From NCBI RefSeq assembly GCF_009914755.1, contig NC_060928.1: 64,000 bases of DNA; one strand, 5' to 3'. A model generated the notes under the pieces. That model saw only the letters and a list, made by a program, of their open reading frames with translations. It ran no database searches and had not been told where the DNA came from. Of the stretch, positions 31,204-45,478 are shown in pieces; position 1 is the stretch's first letter; each line of letters starts with the position of its first letter. Both the position numbers and the translations under genes were made by a program. This DNA comes from the human T2T-CHM13v2.0 reference genome, Homo sapiens.

Positions 31204-32606
31204 GTATGAATGTTCTATAATTCTTTGAAATATTTTTCAACACAAATTTTTTCAATGGACTTGATATGGTTTGGCTGTGTCCCCACCCAAATCTCATACT
31301 GAATTGTAGCTCCCATAATCACCACATATCATTGGAGGGACATGGTGAGAGATAATTGAATCATGGGGGCCAGTTTTTCCCATGCTGTTCTCATGACAGT
31401 GAAGAAGTCTCACAAGATCTGAAATTTGCACAAGTAACAGGGAGCCAAATGTTAATTGCTAAGACAATGGGGAAAATGTCTCCAGGACATGTTAGAGGTC
31501 TTCATGGCAGCCTCTCTCATCACAAGCCAGGAAGCCTAAGAGGAAAAAATAGTTTTATAAAGGGCTGTTCTCCTGCAAATGCTCTCTTGCCTGCCTCCAT
31601 GTAAGATGTGCCTTTGCTCCTCCTTCACCTTTCACCATGATTGTGAGGCCTCCCTAGCCATGTGAACCTGTGAGCAAACTCTCTTGCTTTATAAATTACC
31701 CAGTCACAGGTATTTACTCATAGCAGTACGAAAACTGACTAATGCAGTAAATTGGTACTGGTAGAATGGGGTACTGCTATTAAGATAATAAACATGTGCA
31801 AGCAACTTTAGAACTGGGTAACAGGCAGAGGTTGGAACACTTTGGAGGGCTCAGAAGAAGACAGGAAGATGTGGGAAAGTTTGGAGCTTTCTAGAGACTT
31901 GTTGAATGGTTTTGACCAAAAAGTCCAGACTGAGGCTGTCTCAGATGGAGATGAAGAACTTACTGGGAATTGGAACAAAGGTGATACCTGCTATGCTTTA
32001 GCAAAGAGACTGGCAGCATTTTGTTCCTGCCCTAGAAATCCATGGAACTTTGAACTTGAGACAGATGGTTTATGGTATCTGGCAGAAGAAATTTCTAAGC
32101 AGCAAAAGATTCAAGATGTGACTTGGGTGCTCTTAAAAACATTGTTTTATTCATTCACAGAGATATGGTTTGGATTTGGAACTAACGTTTAAACAGAAGG
32201 CAGGGCATAAAAGTTAGGAAAATTGGCAGCTTTACAATGCAACAGAAAAGAAAAACCCATTTTCTGAGGAGAAGTTCAAGCTAGCTGCAGAAATTTGCAT
32301 AAGTAATGACATGCCAAATGTTAATTGCCAAGACAATAAGGACAATGTCTCCAGGGCATGACAGAGGTCTTCACAGCAGCCCGTCCCATCACAAACCAGG
32401 AAACCTAGGAGGAAAAAATTGATTTTGTGGGCCAGGCCCAGGACCTTGCTGCATTGTGCAGTCATAGGACTAGGTGCCCTGCGTCACAACCATGGCTAAA
32501 AGGGGTCAACCTACAGCTCAGGCTGTTGCTTCAGAGGGTGGTAGCCCCAAGCCTTGATGGCTTTCATGTGGTGTTGGGCCTTTGGATACACAGAAGTCAA
32601 GAATTA

Positions 32607-32698
32607 GAGGCAGAGCTTGCAGTGAGCCAAGATTGCACCACTGCACCTGGGCGACAGAGCGAGACTCCATCTCAAAAAAAAAAAAAAAAAAAAAAAAA
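32607..32698 (+). mobile_element. Severely 5'-truncated AluY-like insertion in THE1-int
   Basis: GAGGCAGAGCTTGCAGTGAGCC...GAGACTCCATCTC followed by A25; TSD AAGAATTA. Confidence 0.9.
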
Positions 32699-33681
32699 GA
32701 ATTAAGGTTAAGGAACCTCTGTCTAGATTTGAGAGGATGTATGGAAACACTTGGCTGTCCAGATAGCGGTGTGCTGCAGGGGGCGGAGCCCTCATGGAGA
32801 ACTTCTGCTAGGGCAGTGCAGCAGGGAAATGTGAAGTGGGAGACCCCACACTCAGTTTCCACAGGGGCACTGCCTAGTGGAGCCATGAGAAGAGGGCCAT
32901 GGTCCTCCAGACTCTAGAATGGTAGAACCACCAGCAGCTTGCACAGTACACCTGGAAAAGCTGCAGGCACTCAATGCCAGCCTATAAAAGCAGCCAGGAG
33001 GGGGGATGTACCTTGCAAAGCCACAGGGGTGGAGCTGACGAAGACCATGGGAGCCCCCCTCTTCCATCAGTGTGTCCTGGATGTGAGACATGGAGTCAAA
33101 GAAGATCATTTTGGAGCTTTAAGATTTTACTGCCCAGCTAGATTTTAGACTTGCATAGGCCTGTAGCTCCTTCATTTTGGCCAATTTTTACCATTTGGAA
33201 CAGGTGTATTTACCTGACGCCTGTAACCCCATGTGTATAGGAAGTAACTAACTTGCTTTTGATTTTACAGGTTCATAGGCAGAAGAGACTTACCTTGTCT
33301 CTGAAGAGAGTTTGGACTATGGACTTTTGAGCTAATGCTGAAAAGAGTTAATACTCTGAGGAACTGTTGGGAAGGTATGATTGGTTTTGAAATGTGAAAA
33401 CATGAGATTTGAGAGGGGCCAGGTGTGGAACAATGTGGTTTGCCTGTGTCCCCACCCAAATCTCATTCTGAATTGTAACTCCCATAATCCCCAAGTGTCA
33501 TGGGAGGGACCCAGTGAAAGGTGATTGAATCATGGGGGCGTTTTTCCCATGCTGTTCTCGTGATAGTGAATAAGTCTCATGAAATCTGATGGTTTTATAA
33601 TGGGCAGTTTCCCTGCACATGCTCTCTTGCCTGCCGCCATATAAGATGTGCCTTTGCTCTTCCTTCACCTTCCAGCATGAT

Positions 33682-33795
33682 TGTGAGGCCTCCCGAGCCA
33701 TGTGGAACTGTGAGGCCTCCCGAGCCGTGTGGAACTGTGAGGCCTCCCGAGCCGTGTGGAACTGTGAGGCCTCCCGAGCCATGTGGAACTGTGAG
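33682..33795. repeat. Minisatellite, 4 x 27 bp, in the THE1 3' LTR
   Basis: TGTGAGGCCTCCCGAGCC(A/G)TGTGGAAC x4. Confidence 0.97.
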
Positions 33796-34989
33796 TCCAT
33801 TAAATCTTTTTTTCTTTATAAATCACCCAGTCTCAGGTATTTGTTCATAGCAGTGTGAAAATGGACTGATACAGGACTTTTAGTTTTTTCTAACATTTTT
33901 CTGTTATAATAATCTTATTAATATTTTTGCCTTATATTATTCCTCATGTCTAACCATGTACAGGGAATATTATTATTAATTGAATTTTTGATAAGTAGGA
34001 TCAAATTTCCTTCATAGAGATTGTAACACTTTATGCTCTACCCAACAATATATGAGACCATGTTTCTTAACTCCCTTCTCTTCTACAAAGTTACTACATT
34101 CTTGATTTTCCTAACTTATAAAATTGTTTTTTTCTAAATAAGGTCGATGACTTTTCACACTTTTAACAACAATTTGTATTTGTTTCTCTATGTTCTTTCT
34201 ATGTATATCCATGCCCAATTCTTGAAATGTGTTGGTCTTTTAATCATTTGAAAGTGCTCTTTATATAACGTGGAGATTAATGTTTTACTGTAAAAATAGG
34301 TAGCATATTTTAAAACTCAGCTTGTCATTTATATTTGGACTTCTCCATTATTTTACCATTCAGAATGATTTTTAAATATGCTATTGAATTTATTATTTTC
34401 TTTTAGACTACAGAGTTTTGTGTCATCATTATCAAAAGCACTGGTGAAGAGTCAGCCTTGAAAAGACCTAGGAAATGTATCACTGTTTGTATAATGGGTT
34501 TAATTGTGTGTCCTTACAAATAGAATTTTCAATGTATGTCATAAGAAAAGTCTGTGACACATTAATCTACAGCAGGTTTATAGATGGCAAATGATAAAAT
34601 AAGAATTCTTATTCCATAGTAGAGATGGAGTAAAATTCTTCATTTCCAGCAAAGTACAAGAAGTTGCCAATACAGTGCTCCAAAAACCACATTTAGAGTA
34701 ACAAGGCTGAAGAGTATGTCCTTAGGAGTACAAATGCTAGGACCTGAGGTAGCCACAACTTTATTTCATTAGAAAAAGACAAATAGAATTCCAAATAAAT
34801 GTACCAATTCACATTACCAAGAAATGCAGAAATGTTCAAATTACTTACCTATTGTTAACTGCTTTGTTGTTTCATGTTGTAAGTGTGTGAAATGGCATAA
34901 TTTGATGTTTTAATATGTATTTATCATGATTATTAATGAGTGTGAATAAATACATTTGTTTTCTCTTTTTCTCAGTCTTTCAAGTTTTC

Positions 34990-36578
34990 CTTTTTTAAAT
35001 AAATTTAACTTTTATTTTAGATCCAGTGGTACACGTGCAGGTTTGTTACATGCATATATTGTGTGATGCTGAAGTTTGAGGTATGAGAGATCCCATCACT
35101 GAGGTGGTGAGCATAGTACCCAACAGGTAGGTTTTCAGCCTTTTTCCCCTTTCCCCTCTAGTAGTCCCCAGTGTCTATTGTTCCTGTCTTTATGTCCATA
35201 TATACCCAGTGTTTAGCTCCCACTTATAAATGAGAACATGTGGTATTTGGTTTTCCATGCCTACATTAATTTGCTTGGATGAAAACTTCCAGCTGAATCC
35301 ATGTTGTTGCAAAAGGATATTCTATCTTTTTTTGTGGCAGCATAGTATTCCATGATATATATGTACCACATTTTTTTTATTTAACCCACTGTCAGTGGGA
35401 ACCTACATTGACTACATGTCTTTGCTATGGTTAATAATGCTGCAATGAACATACAAGTGTATGTGTCTATTTTATAGAATAATTTATTCTTCTTTTCTTA
35501 TATAACCAGTAATGGATTGCTGGGCCTAATGATATTTCAATTTTTACTTTTGAGAAATCTCCAGTTGGTTTCCACAGGGGGTGAACTAATTTATGTTTCC
35601 ACTAACAGTTACATCCCCTTTTCTCCACAGCCTCCCAGCAGCTGTTATATTTTTCTTTTAAATAATAGCCAGAAATCATATGATCACTTCAGTAGGCACA
35701 GAGAAACATTTCTATAAAATCCAACATCCTTTCATGATAAAAACCATCAACCAACTAGTCATTGAAGAAAGATGCTAAAAATAATAAGAGCTGCTAAGAC
35801 AAAACCACAGCCTACATCATACTGAACAGGTAAAAGCTGGAGGCACTCCCCTTAAGAATAGAAACAAGACAAGGATGCCTACTTGCAATACTCCTTTTGA
35901 ACATGGTACTGGAAGTCCTAGCCACAGCAATCAGTCAAGAGAAGAAACAAAAGGCATTCAAATAGAAAAAGAAGTCAAATTATCTCTGTTCACTGACAGT
36001 ATGATTCTATATGTAGAAGACTCCCCAAAGAAAGGTTCCTATAAATGATAAACAACTTCAGTAAAGTTTCAGGATACAAAATCAATGTATAAAAATCTTT
36101 ATCATTGCTATACACCAATAACATCCAAGCTGAAAGCCAAATCAAGAACACAATCCCACCTACAATAGACACAAAAAAAACATAAAATACCTAGGAACAC
36201 AGCTTAATGAGGAGGTGAAAGTTTTCTACAAGGAGAACTACAAAACATTGCTGAAAGAAATAAAAGATGACATTAACAAATGGAAAAACATTCCATACTC
36301 ATGGATAGAAAGAATCAATATTGTCATTAATAAAATGGCCATACTGCCCAAAGCACTTTATAAATTTAATGCTATTCCTATCAAACTCCCAACATTTTTC
36401 CACAAAACTAGAAAAAACTATTCTAAGATTAATGTGGAACCAAAAAAGAGCCTGTATAGCCAAAGCAAATCTAAGCAAAAAAGAACAAAGCTGGAGGCAT
36501 TGTAACACCCAACTTCAAACTATACTACTATTCTACAAGGCTACAGTAACCAAAATAGCATGGTACTGGTACAAAAAC
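34990..36578 (-). mobile_element. L1PA15/16-like, 5'-inverted (twin-primed) insertion
   Basis: 3' end on the minus strand (34990-35670) abuts a plus-strand ORF2 piece (35671-36578; [20 protein letters not shown]). Confidence 0.8.
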
Positions 36579-36599
36579 TGACTCATAAAATAGATATGA

Positions 36600-39500
36600 T
36601 TCTATTATTTCTGTTCTCCTCCAGAATAACTCAGTACTTCATTTCTTCACAACTCTCTGTGGTTTTATTTAGTCTTTTTTCATCCCGAAGACATAATTAT
36701 TGTTGCTGTTATACATATTTGAAGTTTGTTTAGATTTATCCATGTATTTTTAACTTTGTTGAGTTTTCTTTTTCTCTTCTTAGAGTGACTTTATATCTGC
36801 CTAAATTATTCTTCAAACATTTCATTTAGTGAGGGTTTATATAGAGCAAACGTGTAATTTTTATTTTCTGACCTTGTTTTTATTTCTTCCTCCCTCACTC
36901 CTTACAGACACTAATCTGTTCTTCATTTAATGATTGTGTCATTTCAAGAATGTTATATAAATGAAATCATGCAGTATGTAACATTTTGACACTGGCTTTC
37001 TTTTTTAATGCAGGAGCATAATTTTCTTGTGAGCCAGCCAGATTGTCACATGTATAAATAATTTGCTCCTTTTTATGGCTGAATATTAATAGTATTCTAT
37101 GGTATGGACATACCATCATTTGTTTAATATTTCACCATTTTAAGAACATCCAGTATTGTTTCTGTTTCTAACTAATATGAATAGTTTAGAAGAGTCAAAA
37201 AGAGAAACAGTCTATTGTATGTACCAATATTTTTATATTTAAAGAGGTTTTCAGAAAAATTAAATAGCTGTAAAAAAGGATTCTTATATACCCCCTCACC
37301 ACCATCCGAAACACAATTTTCCATATTATTAACATCTTGCATTAGTGTGACTGATTTATTACAACTGATGAACCAATATTGATACATTTTTAATTAACTA
37401 AAGTCCACAGTTCACATTAGGGTTTACTCTTTCTGTTGTACATTCTATAGGTGCTAGCAAAAGTATAATGACATATGTTCACCAATACAGTATGATACAG
37501 AATAGTTACACTACCCTACAAATCTCCTGTGCTGCAACCTATTATTTCTCTCCTCCTCCTTCCCAGCAAACATTGGTCATTTTACTGTCTCCATACTCGA
37601 CTTTTTCAAAATGTCAAATTGTGGGAGTCATATAATATGTGGCATTTTCGGACTAACATTTTTCACTTAGCAATGTGCATTTATTCTTCCTTCATGTCTT
37701 TTTATTACCCGATAGGTCATTTCTATTTATCACTGAATATCATTCAATTTGATGTATGTACCAAAATTTATTTATTAATTTGCCTACAGAAAAACACGTT
37801 GGTTGCTTCCAAGTTTGGGCAATTATGAATAAAGCTGCTGTAAATATTCATGTGCAGGTTTTTGTGAGGACATGTTTTCAATTCATTTGTGTAAATACCA
37901 AGGAGTGAAGTCTCTGAATCAGATGGTAAGACTATGTTTAGCTTTGGAAGAAACTGCCAAACTGTTTCCCAAAGTGGTTGTACAATTTTGCATTCCCACC
38001 AGCAATAAATAAGAGTTTCTGTCTTTCCACATTTACACCAACATTTGATATTACCAGTGTTTGGATTTTAGCTATTCTAAAAGGTGTGTAGTAGATTTAC
38101 TCATATTTTTCTTACTGTGATTTTTCATACTTCATGTTATTCCTAGTATCCTTTTCTTACCACCTCCTTACTGTTTAGAGGACTTCCTTTGGCTCTTCAT
38201 TTAGGATAGCTCTATTGGTGGAAAACTTCCTTCATTTTCCTTCACCTGAGAAAGCCTTGATTTTGCCTTCCTTGTTAAAAGCTATTTTCATTAGAAATAA
38301 GATTATGGGTAAATAGCACTTTTCTTTTAGCACTTAAAAAAATGTGTGCTACTTTTTTCTGGTCTCTGTAGTCCTGATGTGAAACCCACTATGATTCAAA
38401 TTGTTTTCCCCTATAGATAAAGTATCATCTCTCTTACAGACTTCAACAATTTTTCTTTGTCTTTAGTTTTCAGAAATTTGAGTATGATGTGTCTTGGTAT
38501 GGATTTATTTGGTATATTCTCTTTGGAGTTTGCTCAAGCATTGAATCTTCAGGTTCTTTTTTTTTTTTTTTTTTTTTTTGCCAAATTTGAAATTTTCAGT
38601 CACTCTTCCTGCAAGTACTTTTTCTATTCCATTCTCTCTCTCCTTTCCTTCTGGGACATGACGACATGAATATTAAGCTGTTTGTTGTAGCCCCATGGGT
38701 TCTTTTAAAATTCAGTCTATTTTCTCTCTGTTGTTAAAACTGTATGATTTTAATAGTTCTATCTTCCAGTTCATTGATTCTGTTCTCTTAGTTTATATTT
38801 TATTTCTTTGCTGAAACTTTATATTTCTTTGTGAGACCATTTTTTAATTTGTTTGAAGTATTTTTGTAATTGCTCCTTGAATCACTTCTATGATGGCTGC
38901 TTAAAAATCTTTGTTAGATAATCCTAATGTCTCTGTCATGTAGTGCTGGCATCTATTGACTGTTGTCTGTCTTTCAATTTGAGATCTTCCTGTTTCTTGC
39001 TATGATGCATTTCCTTTTTATTAAAACCTGAAGATTTGGGGCATTATATTTTAAGACTCTGGACCTTATTTAAATTTTATCTTTTAGCCAGCTTCTTCTG
39101 AAACTGCTCTGGCCTGAGATGAGGAGGCACTGGCTCATTACTTCCCATGGTGGATAGACACCTACATTCTTTACTTAGCTTTGTTGACAACTGAAGGGGG
39201 AGGTTCTTCATTACTCCCAGGTAGGGGTGAGAGTCCTGGCTCCCCACTAGGCCTCCAATGATATGTCCCTTTATGGGAGGGATAAGAGTGCTTCATTACT
39301 GCTCCTCTGATGGTCTCTACTGACACCATGAGAAGAGCGGGTGATGGCCTTATTTATAGTGGCTGCTGGTAAAAGATCTGACTCTTTCTTAGGCCTCTTC
39401 TGACAGTACCCCAACAAGAAGGAGGAGGGAAAAGGATACCTCATTACTGTTGGATGGAGGTGGAAGTCCAGGATCCAATGAGGTCTTCACTTTTGGCACA

Positions 39501-39720
39501 GCTCAGGCCTTATTACCTCCTGGAGGAGATGAAAGTCCTGGCTCCTTGCTTGTCCTCTAATATCACCCCAGCAAAGTTGGAAACACCTTGTTACAGCTAG
39601 GCAAGATTGGAATTCTAGACTCCTCATCCAGCATTTGCTGGCATGGGTGTAGGTGTGGCCACAATTTATGTTGTGGTATTGGCTGCCGTAGAGTAGGTAT
39701 TTTCTAAAACTTTGCTGTCT
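36600..39720 (-). mobile_element. Old L1M (L1MB/MC/MD-type) fragments, including ORF1/5'UTR-like part with degenerate subrepeats
   Basis: Degenerate L1 3'UTR (AACTGCCAAACTGTTTCCCAAAGTGGTTGTAC) and ORF1-like sequence on the reverse strand. Confidence 0.6.
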
Positions 39721-42700
39721 TTCTAGCCGTCTCCTTTCTTTTTATTCATCTCTACATCACAAACAACTGAGGGGAACAAAATCATGCTTTTAATTCTTTG
39801 ATCACCAATAACTACCTCTCAGACAAATGGATTAATTGAATAAATGTTATGGGTATCAAGTAATTTTTCAATCTTCCTGTGGATTGCCAGAATCATGAGA
39901 CAAAGAAAATATTTTTGTAGTTTTATAAGGAAGAAATCTTATCTTCAATGTCATCCATAATATCATAATGTTTTCAGGTGAATCTTTGTGATATAAATGT
40001 ATAATCACTCTCTGTAAAAAACAACATGTCTTCCAGATTTGTGATATTTTCTGTCTGGCCTATTTTAACAGTAGACATGAATAATAATTATTAGGCAAAG
40101 ATCTATGTTTTTGTATCTTGGTGAAAATAAACACACAAAATGTTTTAAAATGTTATTTACTTTCTGTAATAAAAAAGAGTTTTTAATATGTTTCTCCAAG
40201 AGTGATAAAATGAAAGATTTGCAATTTTTAGCTTTCTTCTGGACCCATAAAATTTGCACCTATATAAGTTTCACTCAATATATGCTTTAAATATTTTGCC
40301 TAAAAGTAATGTGTGAACTTTGGGTTTTGTCTGGAAATCTTGACAATTGAGAGAACATAAACAGAAAAAGAAAAGAAATTTTCTATAGTATGCATTGTCA
40401 CCACTTCAAGTATGTACACCTTAAATAGAACCTTAAAATATACTGTTAGCATCTATTTTTATTACTTCAAAGAAAATCTCAATAGGATACTTTTAAGATT
40501 TTAACATAATGTACCTGCTTAAGCTGATAGCAACATGAATCTAGAAACTAATCAAATTATTTTTAATGGGAAGATAATGCTCTGGCCTTAATTTTTAAAA
40601 GTAAGGTAATTCTAATCATACATTTTGAACATGTACAAGCATAATTATCTTCTGTTACTATCATGTGGACTAGCCAATTTAAAACTACAAATTATATTGA
40701 AAAGATAAGTGGAATGAATAAGAAAACCTCGTTTAATACATGCTGTGCTTTTTTTTTTTACCTTGAACAAGTCCTTTTAATCTCCTTCTGAAAACTGAAA
40801 GATTTCTTTGTTCAGTCAATAAATTTCTCTGATCACACGTTTTTTGAACTCTAACTTCTAACTTTCTATGAAGAAGTAAAGCACACTCTGATATTAGCCA
40901 TAACAAATATGTTCTAAATCAATCTAAACAATATTAATTTGTGCAAGCATTTATTTACATTAATTTACTTCTCACTGTCTAGAACACATGCTCAGCATGC
41001 AAAGATATTAATGAAATTGGACCCTAGAAGAGAAGCAGGGTCGAAAAATTAAAAAAGTAGATATTAAAATAAAATAAAATGTTTACTGTATTTTATTTCA
41101 TTTTATTATCTGATTATTTTTATTATTTTAATTTTTTTCCTTGGGCCATATTATTTTATTGGCAGGTCAGTGAAGAGCCAGAGGTAAGGGTCCTTCAATT
41201 CCTATTCCCCAACCCAGGGACTCCCCCTGAAGGAGAGCAGAAACCCAGGAGCCTGCCACTCAGAGGACCTTGGAGTTGGGCAGGTTGTTGTAGCAATATT
41301 CCTGGCCTTCTAGCTGGTTGCAATACAGAGAGATCTCCTACTCCAGCTGTGAGGTGAAGTCCATAACCCCCTGGTACTCCTTGTTCTGCCTCTCGCTGTC
41401 AACGCACATATTACCCAGCTGGGCTTCATAAATATTTTATTTCAAGAAAGAAATTAATGATATTTGAGAATTTGAAATTGAGAATGATATTTGAAAATTA
41501 TGATTAAACATATTTAAGGAAGTGCAAATGGAGGTGCAAGGTAATTAAGTCATATCTCAAACAGTCTCTTCATGTGGTGACATTAGTTACTGACCACATT
41601 ATCAGAACATAACACATTTACGGTAATAGCAGTGCACCATTTATGATGAAACCTAAACTGTAGCTGATAGTGCCAAACAATATTAGAAATCAGAATGATT
41701 TTTTTAATGCAGCTTTATCTGGTGTAAAAAAGATACTTGTTTGTTCAACAAAATTGCCACAACCAAGGTTTGTTTTCTTTTTTCTTCTGTTTTTTTTTTT
41801 GTTGTTGTTGTTGTTAAGGTGTCTTACTTTGGTAATTATCTTAAGTACGTTGCAATATACTACCTTTGAAAATATTTTTAATTAATTGTCTAAAAACCTT
41901 GCTGGAATAAATATATTAATAACTCAAGTCATAAGAAATTAATATATTCAGTGCCTCTGTAATACCTGCTATACCTTAATAAGTGCTCCTTAGCAATTTA
42001 TTGAAAATTAATTAAGTCTTGCCAAAGGAACACAAAAAAGTCAACTAGAAGACTAATTGAAATTATTATAACCTTTCTGTGTAAATATACAGCACATATG
42101 ATTGGATAAGAAGAACATCTTGTAAATTTGATTATCAGATTAATTATTCTTAACATTTATATATGAAATATCAAATAAGATATCACTGGTAGTTATTATG
42201 CATTAAAATAGTTTTGTAAGTACTTAAAATAATATTTTCTTAATATAATTTTCAGTTAATATTGTTTAGACATTCAAAATCCTATTAACATTATGTTGAA
42301 TCAGGTAGAATTTTTTCCAGTGGCCAATCTTTTCTCCATTTTCTGAAAACTTATGTCTCTTATAGCCCTGCACTTACCAGATGTTCTTTCTCTCCTTTGT
42401 CCTATTCAAAATGTATACAACTGCACCATATTCTCATCATTTTCTGAAAGGTAAATATTGCAGTTAGAGCAAATAATTTAGTTAATGCATTGGGTCTAAA
42501 TTAATGCCTCAGTGAATTTTAAACATATCTTATTTAGACAGCCTAGATGGGTTAATGCTAAAATTGTTGATTGGTAATGCTGGCAGGCCTATGGGAGAGA
42601 TATTTTGAATGAGGATGTCCAAAAATGCAACACAGTAAGTCTAAAAACTAGCCCTTATTTAATCTACCTCTATATGAAAAGCATATGCTAAATGCTTTGG

Positions 42701-42779
42701 GAGAATAAGAATTGTATTTAATCTTTATGCACCCTACTATAACTATTTAACCTACTAAAACTATTATTAAATATGAATA

Positions 42780-42930
42780 GATGCAGAAGAATTTATAGAT
42801 AATTAATAGATACAGACATTCAGCCTCAGAATAGTTAAGTAAGTTACCCAGGTTCATGTGGTTATTAAGTGATAGACTTGGGATTTGAACCCATGTAGTC
42901 AAAGCACAAAGATCAAGTGCTTGACAATGA
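42780..42930 (-). mobile_element. MIR SINE
   Basis: GTTAAGTAAGTTACCCAGGTTCA...GGGATTTGAACCCA. Confidence 0.65.
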
Positions 42931-43744
42931 TTCCTAATTCCTCAGGTAAAAGTAGATTGAAAGACACCTACTCTGCCTAAGTATAAGAGCAGACCCATGT
43001 CATAATAGATGTAGGACTATTAATAGATAAATAGCTGTTATTAATAGCTAGCTGATTAATAGTTAGTAGATTAATAGCTGTTAAGAAGTGAATTAATGAT
43101 CAAGCTAAGACTACCTGTGGATAACATTTCAAATTTTGTCTTTGTAGACTCTTCCTTTCTTTCCAAAATTTGTCTACACTAAGTTAAGGAACAGCTGTAA
43201 ACTTACACCAAAGATGGTCAACAGGAAGGCTTAGGAATAGAAATTCTTCACAAGTTGGTAAAAAAATATATTTTGAAAACAGTAGACAAACATACAATGA
43301 AATCAGCTTGGTCACTTGTGCTTACATTTGCCAATTTAATCACAGCCTGAATGTTATTTTGACACCATGTAAATTTGTCATTGAAGAATGCATATATTGT
43401 ATAACATTTGCCTTCTTCAAAGGAATGTCTGTATACCTTTAATACTTCAAATGCCAAGAGTTCACCTTTCATGTTTTCTCATAAAACTTTCACATTGAAT
43501 GTTTAGCATGATTTTTCTTGCCATTTTTATATTCAACTAGAAGAGAATATTTGGAAACTTAAAAAATATTTATGTGCATATGATACTAAATTGTATATAG
43601 ATTTATTTCTATTTATATATCTATATAATATTAAGAATTTCTATGTGCCTTGCATTTTATTAGATACAAGAAAAATGATATACTCAGAGAAGACACAAAA
43701 TTAATGTGAAATATGTGTAATGGCTGATAAATAAATCCTGTTTT

Positions 43745-44500
43745 TGGTATTAGTCAGGGTTAAGCTATAGGAAACGGTATTCCATTCTAGCTAGCTTAAG
43801 AAAGAGGGAATTTGTTTAAGGATATTAAAAGATATTAATAGAATGTTTTTATATCCTATTATGGATCTATTGATATGAATTATTGTTGAACATTAAAAAG
43901 GCTCAATAAATCAGTAGGGGTAGAGGGGGACTGAAGACTGAAGAAGGGATACTAGGTTAAGTTTCAGGAACAACTATCCAAACCATACCAAGTATGCTAA
44001 GAAACTTTCCTTTAACATCATAAACTTGTAGGTTCTAGAACTACACTAACACTGTCACAATCAATGAAACTGACAAAATAAAAACCCACCATAGTTCGGA
44101 AATCACACGCCTATAGACAATCAGGACACTATCATGATAAAAATCAATTACAGCTTCTGTTCTTGTCTCTGGAACCACACTGTACCTACTAGAAGCTGCA
44201 CCAGCAAAACCAGTGTTTGTATCCTGTTTCTACACTCATGGAGCCAGTTATTGAACTATGGAACAGCTGTTGATTTCATTTCACCAAAAGCAAGTGCCTT
44301 AATGCCCACATTTGCCAGGTGAATAGCAAAAGAAGCTGCCATATGGCCTCCATCTCACTTATGTCTTCCAATATTTTGTGTGCACATATGATCAGCCAAA
44401 CCTAAATCATATGTGGAAACCTGAATCTGGATGAGTTTGGAAAATGCAATTTCTATGTATCCAATCTCTTTATTACAGGAAGGTAAACTAAGGGAGAGTA
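43745..44500 (-). mobile_element. Ancient MaLR/ERVL-type LTR (MLT1-like), uncertain
   Basis: GTATTAGTCAGGG start; AGCCAAACCTAAATCATATG. Confidence 0.4.
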
Positions 44501-44922
44501 GAATAGATATCACATTGATTAGACAAAACGTGTATTTATGATGTTAAATAATGTATTATATGGAATAATGTCTTTGTCATTTAGGCGCTAATGTATTTTA
44601 AATCTGTAGTCTAACATATTCTGCTTTTCCAGGTGTCCAGCCTTTGTCTCTCTATCAGAAATTTTTTAGCAGCAAAGAAAGAAAATATCATATTAAAAGT
44701 AATGTAAATAATGTGGATAAGCATTACCTAACAGAAAAAAAGATGCCCAGAGCAATAGCAGTTTCAATGTTGGTAAAGTAATTCAAATACGTTATCAAAA
44801 ACCAGAGATCTTTCTTAATCTAAGAGTGTTGACTTTGATTCTCAGATTTGACCCTCATAACTTGAAAATCCAAGACTTGTGTTGACATAGGGTTGTTGCA
44901 AAGGGAGAAAGTTGAAGGCATC

Positions 44923-45473
44923 CATTATGGTTAATAATGAGTGTAAACTTGATGGGATTGAAGGATACAAAGTATTGATCCTGGGTGTGTCTATGAGGGT
45001 GTTGCTAAAGGAAATTGACATTTAAGTCAGTGGGCTGGCAAAGACAGACTTACTCTTAATCTGGATGGGGCACAATCTAATCAGCTGCCAGCAGGGCTAG
45101 AATATAAGCAGGCAGAAAAACATGAAAAGAGAGACTGGCCTAGCCTCTCAGCTTATCTTTCTCCTGTGCCAGATGCTTCCTGTTCTTGAACATCAGACTG
45201 TGAGTTCTTCAGTTTTGGAACTCAAACTGACTCTCCTTGCTCCTCAGCCTGCAGACCGACTATTGTGGGACCTCGTGATTGTGTGAGTTAATACTTAATA
45301 ACTCTCATATACATATATATATACACACACACATGCACACACATATACATGTGCACATATATACACACACAAATATATATATTCTCATATATATCAATAT
45401 TTTATATATATATTTTATTTATATATATATATTCCGTTAGTGTTGTCCCTAATAGAGAACTCCAACTAATACA
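44923..45473 (+). promoter_or_regulatory. 5' LTR (MLT2A1-like)
   Basis: ATGGTTAATAATGAGTGT...GTATTGATCCTGGGTGTGTC...ACTAATACA; internal AT/CA microsatellite. Confidence 0.88.
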
Positions 45474-45478
45474 GATTT

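Larger units (their letters stand above)
31262..33873 (+). mobile_element. Full-length THE1 (THE1D-like) MaLR: LTR 31262-31746, internal region, LTR ~33431-33873
   Basis: TGATATGGTTTGG...ACTGATACA; perfect TSD GGACT at 31257-31261 and 33874-33878; THE1-int peptide EEDRKMWESLEL. Confidence 0.93.

Noticed and set aside
31842-32192. 116-aa ORF
   Set aside because: Degenerate THE1 internal ORF; an ordinary MaLR remnant.
33498-33858. ORFs with repeated peptides (REASQFHTA / WNCEASRAV)
   Set aside because: Translations of the 27-bp LTR minisatellite. There are no unique spacers, so it is not a CRISPR array or a repeat protein.
43010-43095. Repeated ATTAATAG palindromic motifs
   Set aside because: A short degenerate low-complexity repeat with no regular period.
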